A stretch of DNA of 64,000 nucleotides from Thermoplasmata archaeon (GTDB lineage: Archaea; Thermoplasmatota; Thermoplasmata; Lutacidiplasmatales; UBA184): positions 221,703 to 285,702 of the forward strand of contig JAKIVS010000001.1 of assembly GCA_022750435.1 (NCBI GenBank), given 5' to 3'. Of the stretch, positions 28,776-38,225 are shown one piece after another. Every line of letters starts with the position of its first letter. Position 1 is the stretch's first letter. The notes beneath the pieces were generated by a model. The model did not search any database and was not told where the DNA came from. It saw only the letters and a list, made by a program, of their open reading frames with translations. A program made the translations under genes and the position numbers.

Positions 28776-29624
28776 TTACCGGAACGCCACCGCGAGGAAG
28801 GCGAGGAGCGCCACCGTCATCGCCGCCTTGCTGAGCGTCTGCTCGAAGTGGGGCCGCCCCGGCAGCCAGGCGACCGAGACGACGAACAACGCATCGGCGG
28901 CGACCACCGAGGCGAGATACATAATCCCCGCGATGGAGGCGGGCGCGAGGTAGGTCAGCAGCGGCACCGGGCTGAGCACGATCGCGAGGCCCACCGAGAG
29001 GCGCGCCGTCGTCGTGGCGACTCCGAACCCCCGGACGCGTGGGAGGGTCCGACGTTCCGTGTCCCCCTCCGCGTCCTCCATGTCCTTGATCACCTCACGG
29101 CTCAGGGTGGCCCCGAACGCCATCAACGCGAACGGAACAACGACCCAGGCGTTGCCGGCCGCCGCGCCGCCGTAGAGGAACACCATTCCCGTGAGCGAGG
29201 CGACGAGGAGATTCCCGGCGAACCCGACGGACTTGAACCGGAACTCGTAGCCGAGGAGGGCGGCCACGGCGATGAGGAAGATCGGGAGGAGAAGCGGGGC
29301 GATCAGTACAACCGGGAGGATGGCCAATCCGCCGACGACGAGCAGGGTCGCCGCGCCGGTCCGCGCCGCGCCGACCGAAACCGCTCCCGTGACCAGAGGG
29401 CGGTCCGGATGGTTGGTCCGGTCCGACTCGCGGTCGAGGACGTCGTTGACAACGTTCCCGCCGGCCGTGACGCACGCGGTGGAGACCGCGGCCAGGAGAA
29501 CGACGAACCAGAATCCGCTGGTCCCAGGGATGCCGGCGCCTCGGGCGGCCAAGCCGCCCACCACCGTCCCCGCGAAGGCGGTCAGCGTGTTACCGACGCG
29601 GACGAGGTGCAGCCAAGGATGCAC
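28776..29624 (-). CDS. Digeranylgeranylglyceryl phosphate synthase (UbiA prenyltransferase)
   Basis: NDVLDRESDRTNHPDRPL is the UbiA Asp-rich motif. 282-aa polytopic. Adjacent to GGGPS. Confidence 0.85.
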   Translation of the reverse strand: MHPWLHLVRVGNTLTAFAGTVVGGLAARGAGIPGTSGFWFVVLLAAVSTACVTAGGNVVNDVLDRESDRTNHPDRPLVTGAVSVGAARTGAATLLVVGGLAILPVVLIAPLLLPIFLIAVAALLGYEFRFKSVGFAGNLLVASLTGMVFLYGGAAAGNAWVVVPFALMAFGATLSREVIKDMEDAEGDTERRTLPRVRGFGVATTTARLSVGLAIVLSPVPLLTYLAPASIAGIMYLASVVAADALFVVSVAWLPGRPHFEQTLSKAAMTVALLAFLAVAFR

Positions 29625-29722
29625 GCGCCGCCGATGGGAGGGTCGTCAGGATAACGGTATCGCGAGGGCGGTGACGCCACGGTTCGCGGCGGGTTATAAG
29701 CCGGGTCCGGCTCGTCGGACCG

Positions 29723-31048
29723 ATGCCTGGGACTGCGCCCCGTTCGCCGGCGGCGAAACGGTTCCGGCTCCCGAACGGTCTCCAGGTCATCCTCGCCCCC
29801 CGCCCGGAGAGCCCGACCGCGAGCGTTTGGGTCTGGTACCGGGTCGGCTCGAAGAACGAGTGGCCCGGGGTCACGGGAGCCTCCCACTGGGTCGAGCACA
29901 TGCTCTTCCAGGGATCCCCGAAATTCGGGAAGGGGGAGATCGACCAGGCGATCGTCGAAGTCGGCGGAACGTTGAACGCGTTCACCGACACCGACTTCAC
30001 GGCGTACTTTTCGACCGTTCCTAAGGAACGACTCGCCATCCCGCTCCGCATCGAGGCCGACCGGATGACCCGAGCGCTGCTCACCGACCGGGAGGTCCAA
30101 CGCGAGCGGACCGTGATCCACTCCGAGCGCGAAGGGAACGAGAACTGGCCGGAGTTCCGCGTCGACGAGGAGCTGTACCAGCTCGCCTTCCGCCACCACC
30201 CGTACCGGTGGGAACCGCTCGGTCGCAAGGAAGACATTCGCTCGCTGACCCCGGAGGCGCTCCGGGAGTACTATCACCGGTTCTACGGCCCGAAGAACGC
30301 GGTGCTCGTTGTCACGGGCGGGTACGACCGATCGAGCGTCGAGCGGACGGTTCGCTCCTCGTTTGGCCGGCTCCCGGCCGTCGGGGCTGACCCGGTCGTC
30401 AAGGAGGTTGAGCCACCGCTCACGGGCGAACGCCGTGCGACGTTACGGGGTCCTGGAACGACCCCGTTGGTCGCGATTGGCTGGCGGTCTCCGGCCGTCC
30501 ACGACCCAGCCACGCCGGCGACCATCGTTCTCGACGTCGTGCTCGGCGGGGAGACTCGCCTCTTCTCCTCGGGCGCCTCCTGGGGCCGAGGAGGGGAGCA
30601 CCCGTCCTCCCGACTGTACCAAGCCCTCGTCGACCCGGCCCTCGCCGTGCGCGCGGCGAGCGAGTTCCGTCCCCGCGTCCATCCCTCGCTGTTCACGGTC
30701 AGTGCCCAGGCCGCGGCCGGGGTCACCCTCGACCGGATCGAGGCGACGATCCGGAAGGAGGTCGGACGACTCGCCCGTCGGGGTCCGACCGCCGAGGAGC
30801 TGGCGGACGTCCGGACGAAGGTGCGGCGGGGCGCGGAACTCGCGTACGAAGGCGCCTCGCGGACCGGCTTCCGACTGGGGTACTTCTCGATGCTCGGGCC
30901 CGCCGGCTACGAGTCGACGCTCCTGCGGCGGATCCTCGCGGTCGACCGGGCCGCGGCCCGGAAGCGAGCGGCCGAATTGTTCCGGCCGGGTCACGACGTC
31001 GTCGTGCGGTACGAACCCGCGGGGGAGAGCGATGACCGCGGACCGTAA
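29723..31048 (+). CDS. M16 family zinc peptidase (pitrilysin-like, catalytic subunit)
   Basis: Inverted zinc motif HWVEHMLFQGS (HxxEH). Confidence 0.8.
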   Translation: MPGTAPRSPAAKRFRLPNGLQVILAPRPESPTASVWVWYRVGSKNEWPGVTGASHWVEHMLFQGSPKFGKGEIDQAIVEVGGTLNAFTDTDFTAYFSTVPKERLAIPLRIEADRMTRALLTDREVQRERTVIHSEREGNENWPEFRVDEELYQLAFRHHPYRWEPLGRKEDIRSLTPEALREYYHRFYGPKNAVLVVTGGYDRSSVERTVRSSFGRLPAVGADPVVKEVEPPLTGERRATLRGPGTTPLVAIGWRSPAVHDPATPATIVLDVVLGGETRLFSSGASWGRGGEHPSSRLYQALVDPALAVRAASEFRPRVHPSLFTVSAQAAAGVTLDRIEATIRKEVGRLARRGPTAEELADVRTKVRRGAELAYEGASRTGFRLGYFSMLGPAGYESTLLRRILAVDRAAARKRAAELFRPGHDVVVRYEPAGESDDRGP

Positions 31049-32333
31049 CGACCCGCTCCTGTTCTCACGCCTGGTTCGCGCCGACGGCCTCACGATCGTT
31101 CGGCAGCCCTCCCCGCCCGGCTCGGCGGGCTTCGCCGCGACCTACGTCGCTCCGGCCGGGTGGGCGTACGACCCGGAGGGTCGCGAAGGGTTGGCAGTGG
31201 TGACGAGCCTTGTCGGCCCGAGCGCCGCGGGCCGTCGGGACCGCGTAGCACTCGCGCGCGAGCTCGACCGACTCGGCGGCTCGCTCGAGCGCCACTGCGC
31301 TCCCGAATCCGCCGAGGTCGGCGTGAGCGGCCCGGCCTCGGAACTCGAACCGCTTCTCGGTTTGCTCGCGGACGTCGTGCTCCGTCCTCGATTCGAGCCC
31401 GACGACCTCGAACGGGTCCGGCGACAGATGTTCGAGCGACACCTCCGAGAAGCGACCCAGCCGGGCCACCGGGCGGAACGGGAGCTCTTGCGGGCCGTGT
31501 TCCCGAAGGGAAGCCCGTACCGGGTTTCGGGGCTGGGCGACCACCGGAGCGTGGCCCGCCTCCGACGCGAGGACGTGCGACGGTTCCACCGTGCGACCTC
31601 AACCTCCGATGGGGGATTTCTGGTCCTCACGACGTCGCGCTCCCTCGAGAACGTCCAACGGTCGGCGTCCCGTCTCTTCCCCGAGTTCCCGTCGGAGCAT
31701 CCGGTGGGATTCCCGCGCGTCGCCGCGGCGTCGGCTCCCCGGGCCGCGGAACGCCTGGTTCCGATGGCCGACCGGACCCAGACGGAGATCCGCATCGGCG
31801 GCGGAGCGCCCCCCCGCAGCGACCCCCGATTCCCGGCGCTCTTCCTGGCCAACGAGGTGCTCGGCGGCCGCAGCATGTTGAACCGCCTGTTCCAACACGT
31901 CCGCGAACAACGGGGCCTTGCCTACCATGCCTCGAGCGACCTCGAGGCGATGCGATGGGGCGGCTACTGGCTCGCCCAGGCGGGCACGGGACCGGAGCGG
32001 GCCCAAGCGGTCGTTGCTCTCGTGGCCGAAGAGGTCCGCAGGATCGGCACCCGGCTCATCCCCCAAACCGAGCTCGACCGGATCCGAGAAAGCACGATCG
32101 GCGAGATCCCCCTCGCGCTCGAGACGGCGGGCGATGCCCACGAGCTCGCGGTCGACGGGGCGTACCACGGCCTGTCCGAGCAGTACTGGCGCGAGTGGCC
32201 CGCCCTCCTCCGCTCGGTCTCCTCACGCGCCATCCGCGAGGCGGCGGGGCCGGTCTACGATCCCGCCCATGCGACCACGGTCGTGGCGGGCCCGGGGACC
32301 CCCGTCGCACCGGTTCCACGTCGGGCCGTATAA
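31032..32333 (+). CDS. M16 family peptidase, non-catalytic partner subunit
   Basis: M16 fold lacking HxxEH. 17-nt overlap with the preceding M16 gene. Confidence 0.65.
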   Translation: MTADRNDPLLFSRLVRADGLTIVRQPSPPGSAGFAATYVAPAGWAYDPEGREGLAVVTSLVGPSAAGRRDRVALARELDRLGGSLERHCAPESAEVGVSGPASELEPLLGLLADVVLRPRFEPDDLERVRRQMFERHLREATQPGHRAERELLRAVFPKGSPYRVSGLGDHRSVARLRREDVRRFHRATSTSDGGFLVLTTSRSLENVQRSASRLFPEFPSEHPVGFPRVAAASAPRAAERLVPMADRTQTEIRIGGGAPPRSDPRFPALFLANEVLGGRSMLNRLFQHVREQRGLAYHASSDLEAMRWGGYWLAQAGTGPERAQAVVALVAEEVRRIGTRLIPQTELDRIRESTIGEIPLALETAGDAHELAVDGAYHGLSEQYWREWPALLRSVSSRAIREAAGPVYDPAHATTVVAGPGTPVAPVPRRAV

Positions 32334-32426
32334 CCGGTGCGAGCCCGCACCCATACGTATATCTACCCCGCTCGGATGGCGCGAGAGATGCCGGGTCCGC
32401 GCCGGGGCGTAAGCGACACGACCGGG

Positions 32427-32657
32427 ATGCTGCGCAAGAACATCACGATCACCCACGAGGAGAACGCCTTCCTCGAGCGCCACCCCGAGATCAACCAGTC
32501 CGCCCTGTTCCGCCAGATCGTCGAGAGCATGATGATGGCCGAGAAGGCGCCCCACGTGGCGTCAATCCAGAACATCAAGCTCGGCAAGGCCGTCTATCGC
32601 TCGGGCGCGATCATGTACCAGCGGAACGAGCGCCGTCGCCCGTCTCCGACGGAATAG
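32427..32657 (+). CDS. Ribbon-helix-helix (CopG/Arc/MetJ-like) DNA-binding protein
   Basis: MLRKNITITHEENAFLERHPEINQSALFRQIVESMM is the RHH beta-alpha-alpha pattern. TATA-like ACGTATATCTA at 32355..32365. Alternative starts at 32376 and 32388. Confidence 0.5.
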   Translation: MLRKNITITHEENAFLERHPEINQSALFRQIVESMMMAEKAPHVASIQNIKLGKAVYRSGAIMYQRNERRRPSPTE

Positions 32658-33483
32658 GCCGTACCTCCCGTCGGGGGGCGTCGCCCTCCCGGAACCGTTT
32701 TCCCCACTGCGCGGCGATCGACCGTTCGGCATCCGCTGCCCGGGCATACACCACTCCGCTGGCCGACGGACCGGTCGATTCCCAGGCGGCTCGGGCAACG
32801 GCCGGCTCCAGATCGTCGAGCACGTGACGGGCCAGGATATGGCCGAAGGCGAGCGACCGGCGCTTGGTGAGGTCGGTGAAGTGGGGGGCGTAGTGACCGC
32901 CGCCCACGCCCAGCACCACCCGGTCGTGGGGGTCCTCCTCGAGCGAACTCACGACGTCCGCGATCAGCGAGGTGGCCGACTCCCGGGGAGGCAAGGATTC
33001 GCTTCCGCCGACTTCGATGAAGAACGCGGGAACGGCGAGTTCCGGTCCGTGGTGGGTCGCTTCGTAGGTGGTGGGGAGGCCGACCTTCGCCGCTCCCTCC
33101 TCTAAACGTCGGAGGCCATCCGCCATCCAGCGGGGTGCGGCTGGGGTGAGCACCCCCGGGCGGCCCCCGACCTCGGCGGTCGGCCCTGGATTGCCGAGCG
33201 GGTGGACGGTGAGCGCTTCGTCTCCCCGCTCACTCCGGTGGACCGACGGAAAGACGAGCGGGACCATCGCCGCACGCCACGCGTCGGGAAGTTTCGCATC
33301 GAGTCGTTCATCGAAGATGTGCCGTCCCGGACGGCGCAGCGCGACCACCCCGGGGGCGACGTCGCGGACCGGGGCTCCGTCCACCAAGACCCCGGTAGAG
33401 GGGCCCGTCCCCAGGCGCAGCGCAACGGCGCTGGCGACGGGGTCGAGATCCGAGAGGACGATGACGTAGTTCGGGAGGCTCAC
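32611..33483 (-). CDS. dtdA: D-aminoacyl-tRNA deacylase, archaeal type (DtdA)
   Basis: Recalled match to Pyrococcus DtdA: TYEATHHGPELAVPAFFIEVGGSE, GVGGGHYAPH, LAFGHILARHV. GTG start at 33483 chosen from N-terminal alignment (alternative ATG 33591). Confidence 0.8.
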   Translation of the reverse strand: MSLPNYVIVLSDLDPVASAVALRLGTGPSTGVLVDGAPVRDVAPGVVALRRPGRHIFDERLDAKLPDAWRAAMVPLVFPSVHRSERGDEALTVHPLGNPGPTAEVGGRPGVLTPAAPRWMADGLRRLEEGAAKVGLPTTYEATHHGPELAVPAFFIEVGGSESLPPRESATSLIADVVSSLEEDPHDRVVLGVGGGHYAPHFTDLTKRRSLAFGHILARHVLDDLEPAVARAAWESTGPSASGVVYARAADAERSIAAQWGKRFREGDAPRREVRPIPSETGDGARSAGT

Positions 33484-33526
33484 GTTCGGGAATCGGGGGC
33501 TCGGGGATAACCCCTCACGGCGCGCC

Positions 33527-34915
33527 GTGGCTCTCCAGTCAACGAGCCGACGGGAATCCCACTGCGACTCCGCGCCCCGAGTCGCCCTCAACCAGTGGAC
33601 GGGGGCGAAGGTTCATCGCGCCCTCGAAGCTCGCGCACTCGTGGCTGTCGACTCCGCGCCGACCGCGCGCCAATTCGTTCTGGGCCGTCAAGGTCTCTGG
33701 CCCGGCCGCCGATGGGAGGGAGCCAAAGGGACCGTGCAGGCAGTGCGATACGTCGGCTCGGTCCAGGTCGACCCGCTCGACGTCGTCGGTCATAGCCAGG
33801 ACCTCGTCCTCTGGGGACGAGTCGAGGGCTATCGCACCGACCACCTCGAGCGAGCGATCTATCGCGACCGGTCGTTGTTCGAGTGGGGGGGCAACCTCCA
33901 GATCCGACCCATCGAGGAACTCCCCTACCTGCGGATTGTCATGCAACGCAAGGTCGAGGAACCGCGCTGGACGTTGTTTGCTCGGAGGAACTCTGGCGTC
34001 ATCCGAGCGGTACTCGCGGAGGTGGAGAGACGTGGCCCGCTCGGAAGCCGCGACCTCGCCTCCACCGGTTCGGGGCGCGTGACCAATTATCGGGCCCGGA
34101 CGGAAGCGGGCCTGGCACTGTACTATCTCTGGCTCCGCGGGGACCTCCTGCTGGCCCACCGGCAAAGGGGCGAGAAGATGTTCGATCTCGCGACCCGCAC
34201 CTACCCACGAGCCTTGCGCGAGGTGCCCGTCGAGGAAGCGGAGCAGCACCTCATCTTCGGCACGCTTCGCGACCTGGGTCTCGCCACCGCCTCCGAATGG
34301 CTCGCGTACGCCCACACCCGCATCGGACGCTCGACGTTGCGGCTCGAGTGGAAAGCGCGGGTCCAACGGTGGCGAGAAGACGGAAGGATCCTCGAAACCG
34401 ACGTCGACGGTTGGAAGGGCCGTCGGTTTTACGTCGCCGAGGCCGCCCCGGACCTCGAGGCCCTACGCGACGGCCGGGTTCCCAAGTCCTGGACGCCCTG
34501 CCGGACCTCGACCGAGGAGGAGGTGGTGTTCCTCTCTCCGCTGGAGCGGGTTTCGGGAAATGGACGTGCTGCCCGTCTCTTCGATTTTGAGTACGTGTGG
34601 GAGGTCTACAAACCCGCGAAGGATCGACGCTGGGGCTACTACACTCTCCCCATCCTCTACGGCGATCGGCTCACGGCGCGCATCGAGTTGAAGTTCGACC
34701 GGGGGCATCAGCTGCTCCGAGTGCTCGGTTTCTGGCCGGAGCACCGCTTGTCGCTGCGCGACGTGGCCTTCACGTCCGCGCTGGGACGCGCTTTGGCCCG
34801 GATGGCCGACTTCCACCGGGCCGTCGAAGTCGATGTCAAGGTCCTCGGCACGGGAGCGACTTGGTCCCGCGTCGACCGCGCGGTCCGGAAGTACCGCGCC
34901 TCTCCCGACGCCTAG
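33527..34915 (+). CDS. YcaQ/AlkZ-family (HTH_42) DNA glycosylase
   Basis: QGLW, SVQVDPL (Q-phi-D catalytic motif), RRWGYYTLPILYGDRLTARIELKFDRGHQLLRVLGFW vs E. coli YcaQ KRQYGYFVLPLLHRGQLVGRMDAKMHRQTGILEVISLW. GTG start. Confidence 0.75.
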   Translation: MALQSTSRRESHCDSAPRVALNQWTGAKVHRALEARALVAVDSAPTARQFVLGRQGLWPGRRWEGAKGTVQAVRYVGSVQVDPLDVVGHSQDLVLWGRVEGYRTDHLERAIYRDRSLFEWGGNLQIRPIEELPYLRIVMQRKVEEPRWTLFARRNSGVIRAVLAEVERRGPLGSRDLASTGSGRVTNYRARTEAGLALYYLWLRGDLLLAHRQRGEKMFDLATRTYPRALREVPVEEAEQHLIFGTLRDLGLATASEWLAYAHTRIGRSTLRLEWKARVQRWREDGRILETDVDGWKGRRFYVAEAAPDLEALRDGRVPKSWTPCRTSTEEEVVFLSPLERVSGNGRAARLFDFEYVWEVYKPAKDRRWGYYTLPILYGDRLTARIELKFDRGHQLLRVLGFWPEHRLSLRDVAFTSALGRALARMADFHRAVEVDVKVLGTGATWSRVDRAVRKYRASPDA

Positions 34916-35001
34916 TCCCCGGGTCCCGGTACTATCGTCTCCGAGACGGTCGGCCACGAAGGCGACGCTGTGGCTTTAGGCGCCGAGCCCTCCCGCGGGC
35001 C

Positions 35002-35763
35002 GTGTCGGTCCCCCGCGCGGTCGTCGCCTGGAGTACAGGGAAGGACGCGGCGTTTGCCTTGGAGGAGGTCCGTGGGTCCGGATCGTACGAGATCGTCGGA
35101 CTCCTGACCACCGTCACGGAACCGTATGCTCGCGTGTCGATGCACGGGGTACGGACGGAACTCTTGGAGCTTCAGGCCGAGCGGCTCGGTTTCCCACTAC
35201 ATCGCGTACCGATTCCCGCCCCCTGCCCCAATTCGGTGTATGAGGCCGCGATGGCCGAGGCCCTCGGCCAACTCCGGGCCGACGGCGTGAACCATGTCAT
35301 CTTCGGCGACCTCTTTCTAGTGGATGTCCGACGCTATCGCGAAGATCGAATGGCCGGGACCGGCGTTGCACCGGTTTTTCCCCTATGGGGTCGCTCCACC
35401 CTCGACCTCGCCCGCGAGATGCTCACGCGGGGGCTCAGAGCAACGGTCAGCTGCGTCGACCCACGACGCTTATCAGCCTCATTCGCGGGCCGAGACTTCG
35501 ACGAACGATTCCTTGCCGACCTCCCACCCGACGTCGACCCCTGCGGCGAAAATGGAGAGTTCCACACGTTCGTCTACGACCTGCCGGCCTTCGGGACCGC
35601 GATCAAAATCCGACGGGGAAGCGTCGTGGAACGCGACGGGTTTGTCTTCGCGGACCTCCTCCCCGACGGGAGTCCCGGGCCCACCGTTCCCCAAGATGGA
35701 CCCACGCACTCCCGAGTGGTGGAAAACGGCGCGATGGGCACGATGGGTTCTCGCCGAAAGTAG
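35002..35763 (+). CDS. PP-loop ATP pyrophosphatase, Dph6/MJ0570-like (diphthine-ammonia ligase family)
   Basis: AVVAWSTGKDAAFAL PP-loop and ENGEFHTFV motif. GTG start at 35002 inferred because no ATG lies upstream of the PP-loop. Confidence 0.65.
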   Translation: MSVPRAVVAWSTGKDAAFALEEVRGSGSYEIVGLLTTVTEPYARVSMHGVRTELLELQAERLGFPLHRVPIPAPCPNSVYEAAMAEALGQLRADGVNHVIFGDLFLVDVRRYREDRMAGTGVAPVFPLWGRSTLDLAREMLTRGLRATVSCVDPRRLSASFAGRDFDERFLADLPPDVDPCGENGEFHTFVYDLPAFGTAIKIRRGSVVERDGFVFADLLPDGSPGPTVPQDGPTHSRVVENGAMGTMGSRRK

Positions 35764-35826
35764 TAAACGCGGGGAGCCGGTGCACTCCACCTCCGCGGAC
35801 GACCGCAGAGGCTTTCGGAGCCGCCG

Positions 35827-37284
35827 GTGAACACGAACATTCTCGTCGCCATCGCGGTCGTCGCCCTGCTCGCCGGGCCCGTGGAGTACTACAGCGTCGC
35901 CGAAGCGTCCGCCCCGGCGGCGCATACCCTGAGCTTCAACCAACTGGGATTCCTCGATCACATCGACCACATCGTGTACGTCGTGATGGAGAACCACGCG
36001 TACGACAACTACTTCGGAACCTATTGTCAGACCAAGAGCGTCGACTGTCCCAACACCTCCCCCGGGATTCCCGCCGGCACCTGCGTCCCGTACAACGTTT
36101 CCCTTCCGAACGGCCCGTGCATCAAACCCTGGAACTATACCGCCCAGAACTGGTCACTGAAGACCCTCCTTCCGCACTCCTACAAGTCCTCCGAAGCGTC
36201 GTGGAACTACGGCGCGATGGACGGGTTCTACCAGGCAGAGGGCTCCGGCCTCGACCCCTTCGGCCACTACAACGGGACGACCGCCCCGATCTACTGGGAC
36301 CTGGCGCAGGAGTACGCGCTTTCGGACAACTTCTTCTCGTCGGTCCTGAGCTATTCGCTCCCCAATCACTGGCACATCGTCGCGGGACAAGCGCCGCAAG
36401 TCATCATCGTCAACGGCACCCTCGGCTCCCCCGCGGTACCGGCCAACCTGACGATCGCGAACGACAAGACCTACCTCGGGCAGGCGAACAACACTCGCAG
36501 CATCGAGGATCTCCTGCTCCGCTCCAAGGTCTCGTGGACGTACTACGACTACACCCTCGGAACGTACGCCAGCGCGATCAACATCAAGCTGAACGCCGCC
36601 AAGAATCTGATCACATCGACCGGCGTCGCGTACAATCCTTGGAATCCCCAGGCGGCGAAGGCGGAGTCCTACAACGCATCGTTCGTCCAGCACTTCGCCG
36701 TGAACACGCAGTTCTACTCCGACGCGCGGAACGGGACGCTTCCGAACCTCTCCTGGGTGATCCCGGCTGCGCAGGACTCCGACCACGCCCCGCAGAACTC
36801 CACGCTCGCCCAGACGTGGCTGGCGAGCATCGTGAACGCGGTCGAGACATCGCCCGACTGGAACACCACGGCCCTGTACATCACGTGGGACGACTTCGGG
36901 GGCTTCTACGACAACGTCGCACCCCCGAGTTTCTACGGCCAGCAGCTTGCCTTCCGAGTGCCCCTGATTGTCATTAGCCCGTACACCCGGGCCGGAGCGA
37001 TCACGAACACGATGGGATTCTTCGAGTCTGTCCTCCGCCTGATGGAGTGGCGGTTCCATCTCGGCTGCCTGACCGTCCTCGACTGCAATGCTCCTCTCCC
37101 GATCTACGGGTTCAACTGGAACCAAACCGCACGGGCCCCGATGTTGTTCCCCACCAACTTCTCGAAGGCGACGTACCCGTTCAATCCGAAGTGGGATCAA
37201 GGAACGAAGATTCCCGAGGGAACGTACGTGCCGCCGGCGAACTACACGTACTTTCCAGACGGAGAACTGCCCGACATCGATTGA
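35827..37284 (+). CDS. Secreted phosphoesterase (phospholipase C / acid phosphatase PF04185-like)
   Basis: Signal peptide, VVMENHAYDNYFGT signature, many NxS/T sequons. GTG start. Confidence 0.7.
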   Translation: MNTNILVAIAVVALLAGPVEYYSVAEASAPAAHTLSFNQLGFLDHIDHIVYVVMENHAYDNYFGTYCQTKSVDCPNTSPGIPAGTCVPYNVSLPNGPCIKPWNYTAQNWSLKTLLPHSYKSSEASWNYGAMDGFYQAEGSGLDPFGHYNGTTAPIYWDLAQEYALSDNFFSSVLSYSLPNHWHIVAGQAPQVIIVNGTLGSPAVPANLTIANDKTYLGQANNTRSIEDLLLRSKVSWTYYDYTLGTYASAINIKLNAAKNLITSTGVAYNPWNPQAAKAESYNASFVQHFAVNTQFYSDARNGTLPNLSWVIPAAQDSDHAPQNSTLAQTWLASIVNAVETSPDWNTTALYITWDDFGGFYDNVAPPSFYGQQLAFRVPLIVISPYTRAGAITNTMGFFESVLRLMEWRFHLGCLTVLDCNAPLPIYGFNWNQTARAPMLFPTNFSKATYPFNPKWDQGTKIPEGTYVPPANYTYFPDGELPDID

Positions 37285-37450
37285 GCCGAGATTTCCGGTG
37301 GTCGACCCTTCGGGGCCGACCTGAAGGCGGTGGACCGGGGGCCCCGGCGCTCGAGTTGCACGTCCCTCGGAGGTGGGCGGTTCGTGAACCGGCCGGCGGG
37401 CGGTTCCCCGGACCGGCCGGCCTCGGCAGGGAATCACGCCGAGAGTGAGG

Positions 37451-37555
37451 TGCTCCCGGCGGGAGTTTCCCCGGACGGCGGGAATCGCCGTCCGATTTTG
37501 AACCCGCGTCAGAGGCTCGAGAGGCCTCTATCCTTGACCACTAGACTACGGGAGC
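37451..37555 (-). tRNA. tRNA-Glu(CUC) interrupted by a ~32-nt intron at non-canonical position 59/60 (T-loop)
   Basis: Minus-strand parse: GCTCCCG-TA-GTCT-AGTGGTCAA-GGAT-A-GAGGC-CTCTCGA-GCCTC-TGAC-GCGGG-TTCAAA[ATCGGACGGCGATTCCCGCCGTCCGGGGAAAC]T-CCCGC-CGGGAGC-A. 7-bp acceptor stem, 5-bp anticodon stem, U33, G37, anticodon CTC. T-stem GCGGG/CCCGC and loop TTCAAAT are restored on excision. The intron carries a perfect 9-bp hairpin CGGACGGCG/CGCCGTCCG. Confidence 0.7.
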
Positions 37556-37661
37556 AGCCTCGGCTGCGGTACTGAATCCGCTCTTTGAGGCTTTCGCACT
37601 CGAAATCCGCACCGGCACGGCGGGCGGCAACGCCTATCTGCGCCCGACCGGTTCCGGCCCC

Positions 37662-38120
37662 GTGACTCCACCGGTCAAGGCCCGTAGTGGCCACCTCATC
37701 CTCGAAGGCCGTCAGACCTACGCCGACCTGACACGCGTCTACCCGGACATCCACCGGAAGGTCGTCGAAGCGAACCGTCCGTTCGCGAAGGAGTCCGAGC
37801 CGTTGCTCCCCGAGGTCCTTCTCGAGGAGAATCTCCGGGACCTTCGCGCCGGCCGCAAGCCCGCCGGCTACAACCGCTCCGAGCCGTTCGCCCTCCGCCT
37901 GATCTTTCCGATCTGCGACCGCAAGCATCCGGAGTTCTACTTCTCGAAGCCCGCGCGCTGCCAGGAGGTCGTTCAGATCACGGAGCAGGTCTCTCAGCTC
38001 CTCAAGCGACGCGGCATGAAGCACACGGTCGAGTACGACCGGCTGCCGCTCGGCGTTCCCCGTGGCCTGCCGCCCGTTCCTCCCGTGGGGAGCGGCACAG
38101 GGTCCATCAGCATCGGTTGA
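37662..38120 (+). CDS. Hypothetical protein
   Basis: GTG-start 152-aa ORF with protein-like composition (K, E, F, Y, I). Preferred over the antisense 37509..38024 ORF, which overlaps the tRNA. Confidence 0.35.
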   Translation: MTPPVKARSGHLILEGRQTYADLTRVYPDIHRKVVEANRPFAKESEPLLPEVLLEENLRDLRAGRKPAGYNRSEPFALRLIFPICDRKHPEFYFSKPARCQEVVQITEQVSQLLKRRGMKHTVEYDRLPLGVPRGLPPVPPVGSGTGSISIG

Positions 38121-38225
38121 TCCGGTCCGACCCGCGCGAGAGGGCGGGCTGCGGGGCCGGGCGGTGCTCCACGACCTGCGTCCGCGGGCGGAGGCTCCGC
38201 TCGGAAGCCGGCGGCCCTCGTCGGA

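Noticed and set aside
37509-38024. 171-aa minus ORF
   Set aside because: Overlaps the newly found tRNA-Glu. Ala/Arg/Leu-rich antisense composition.
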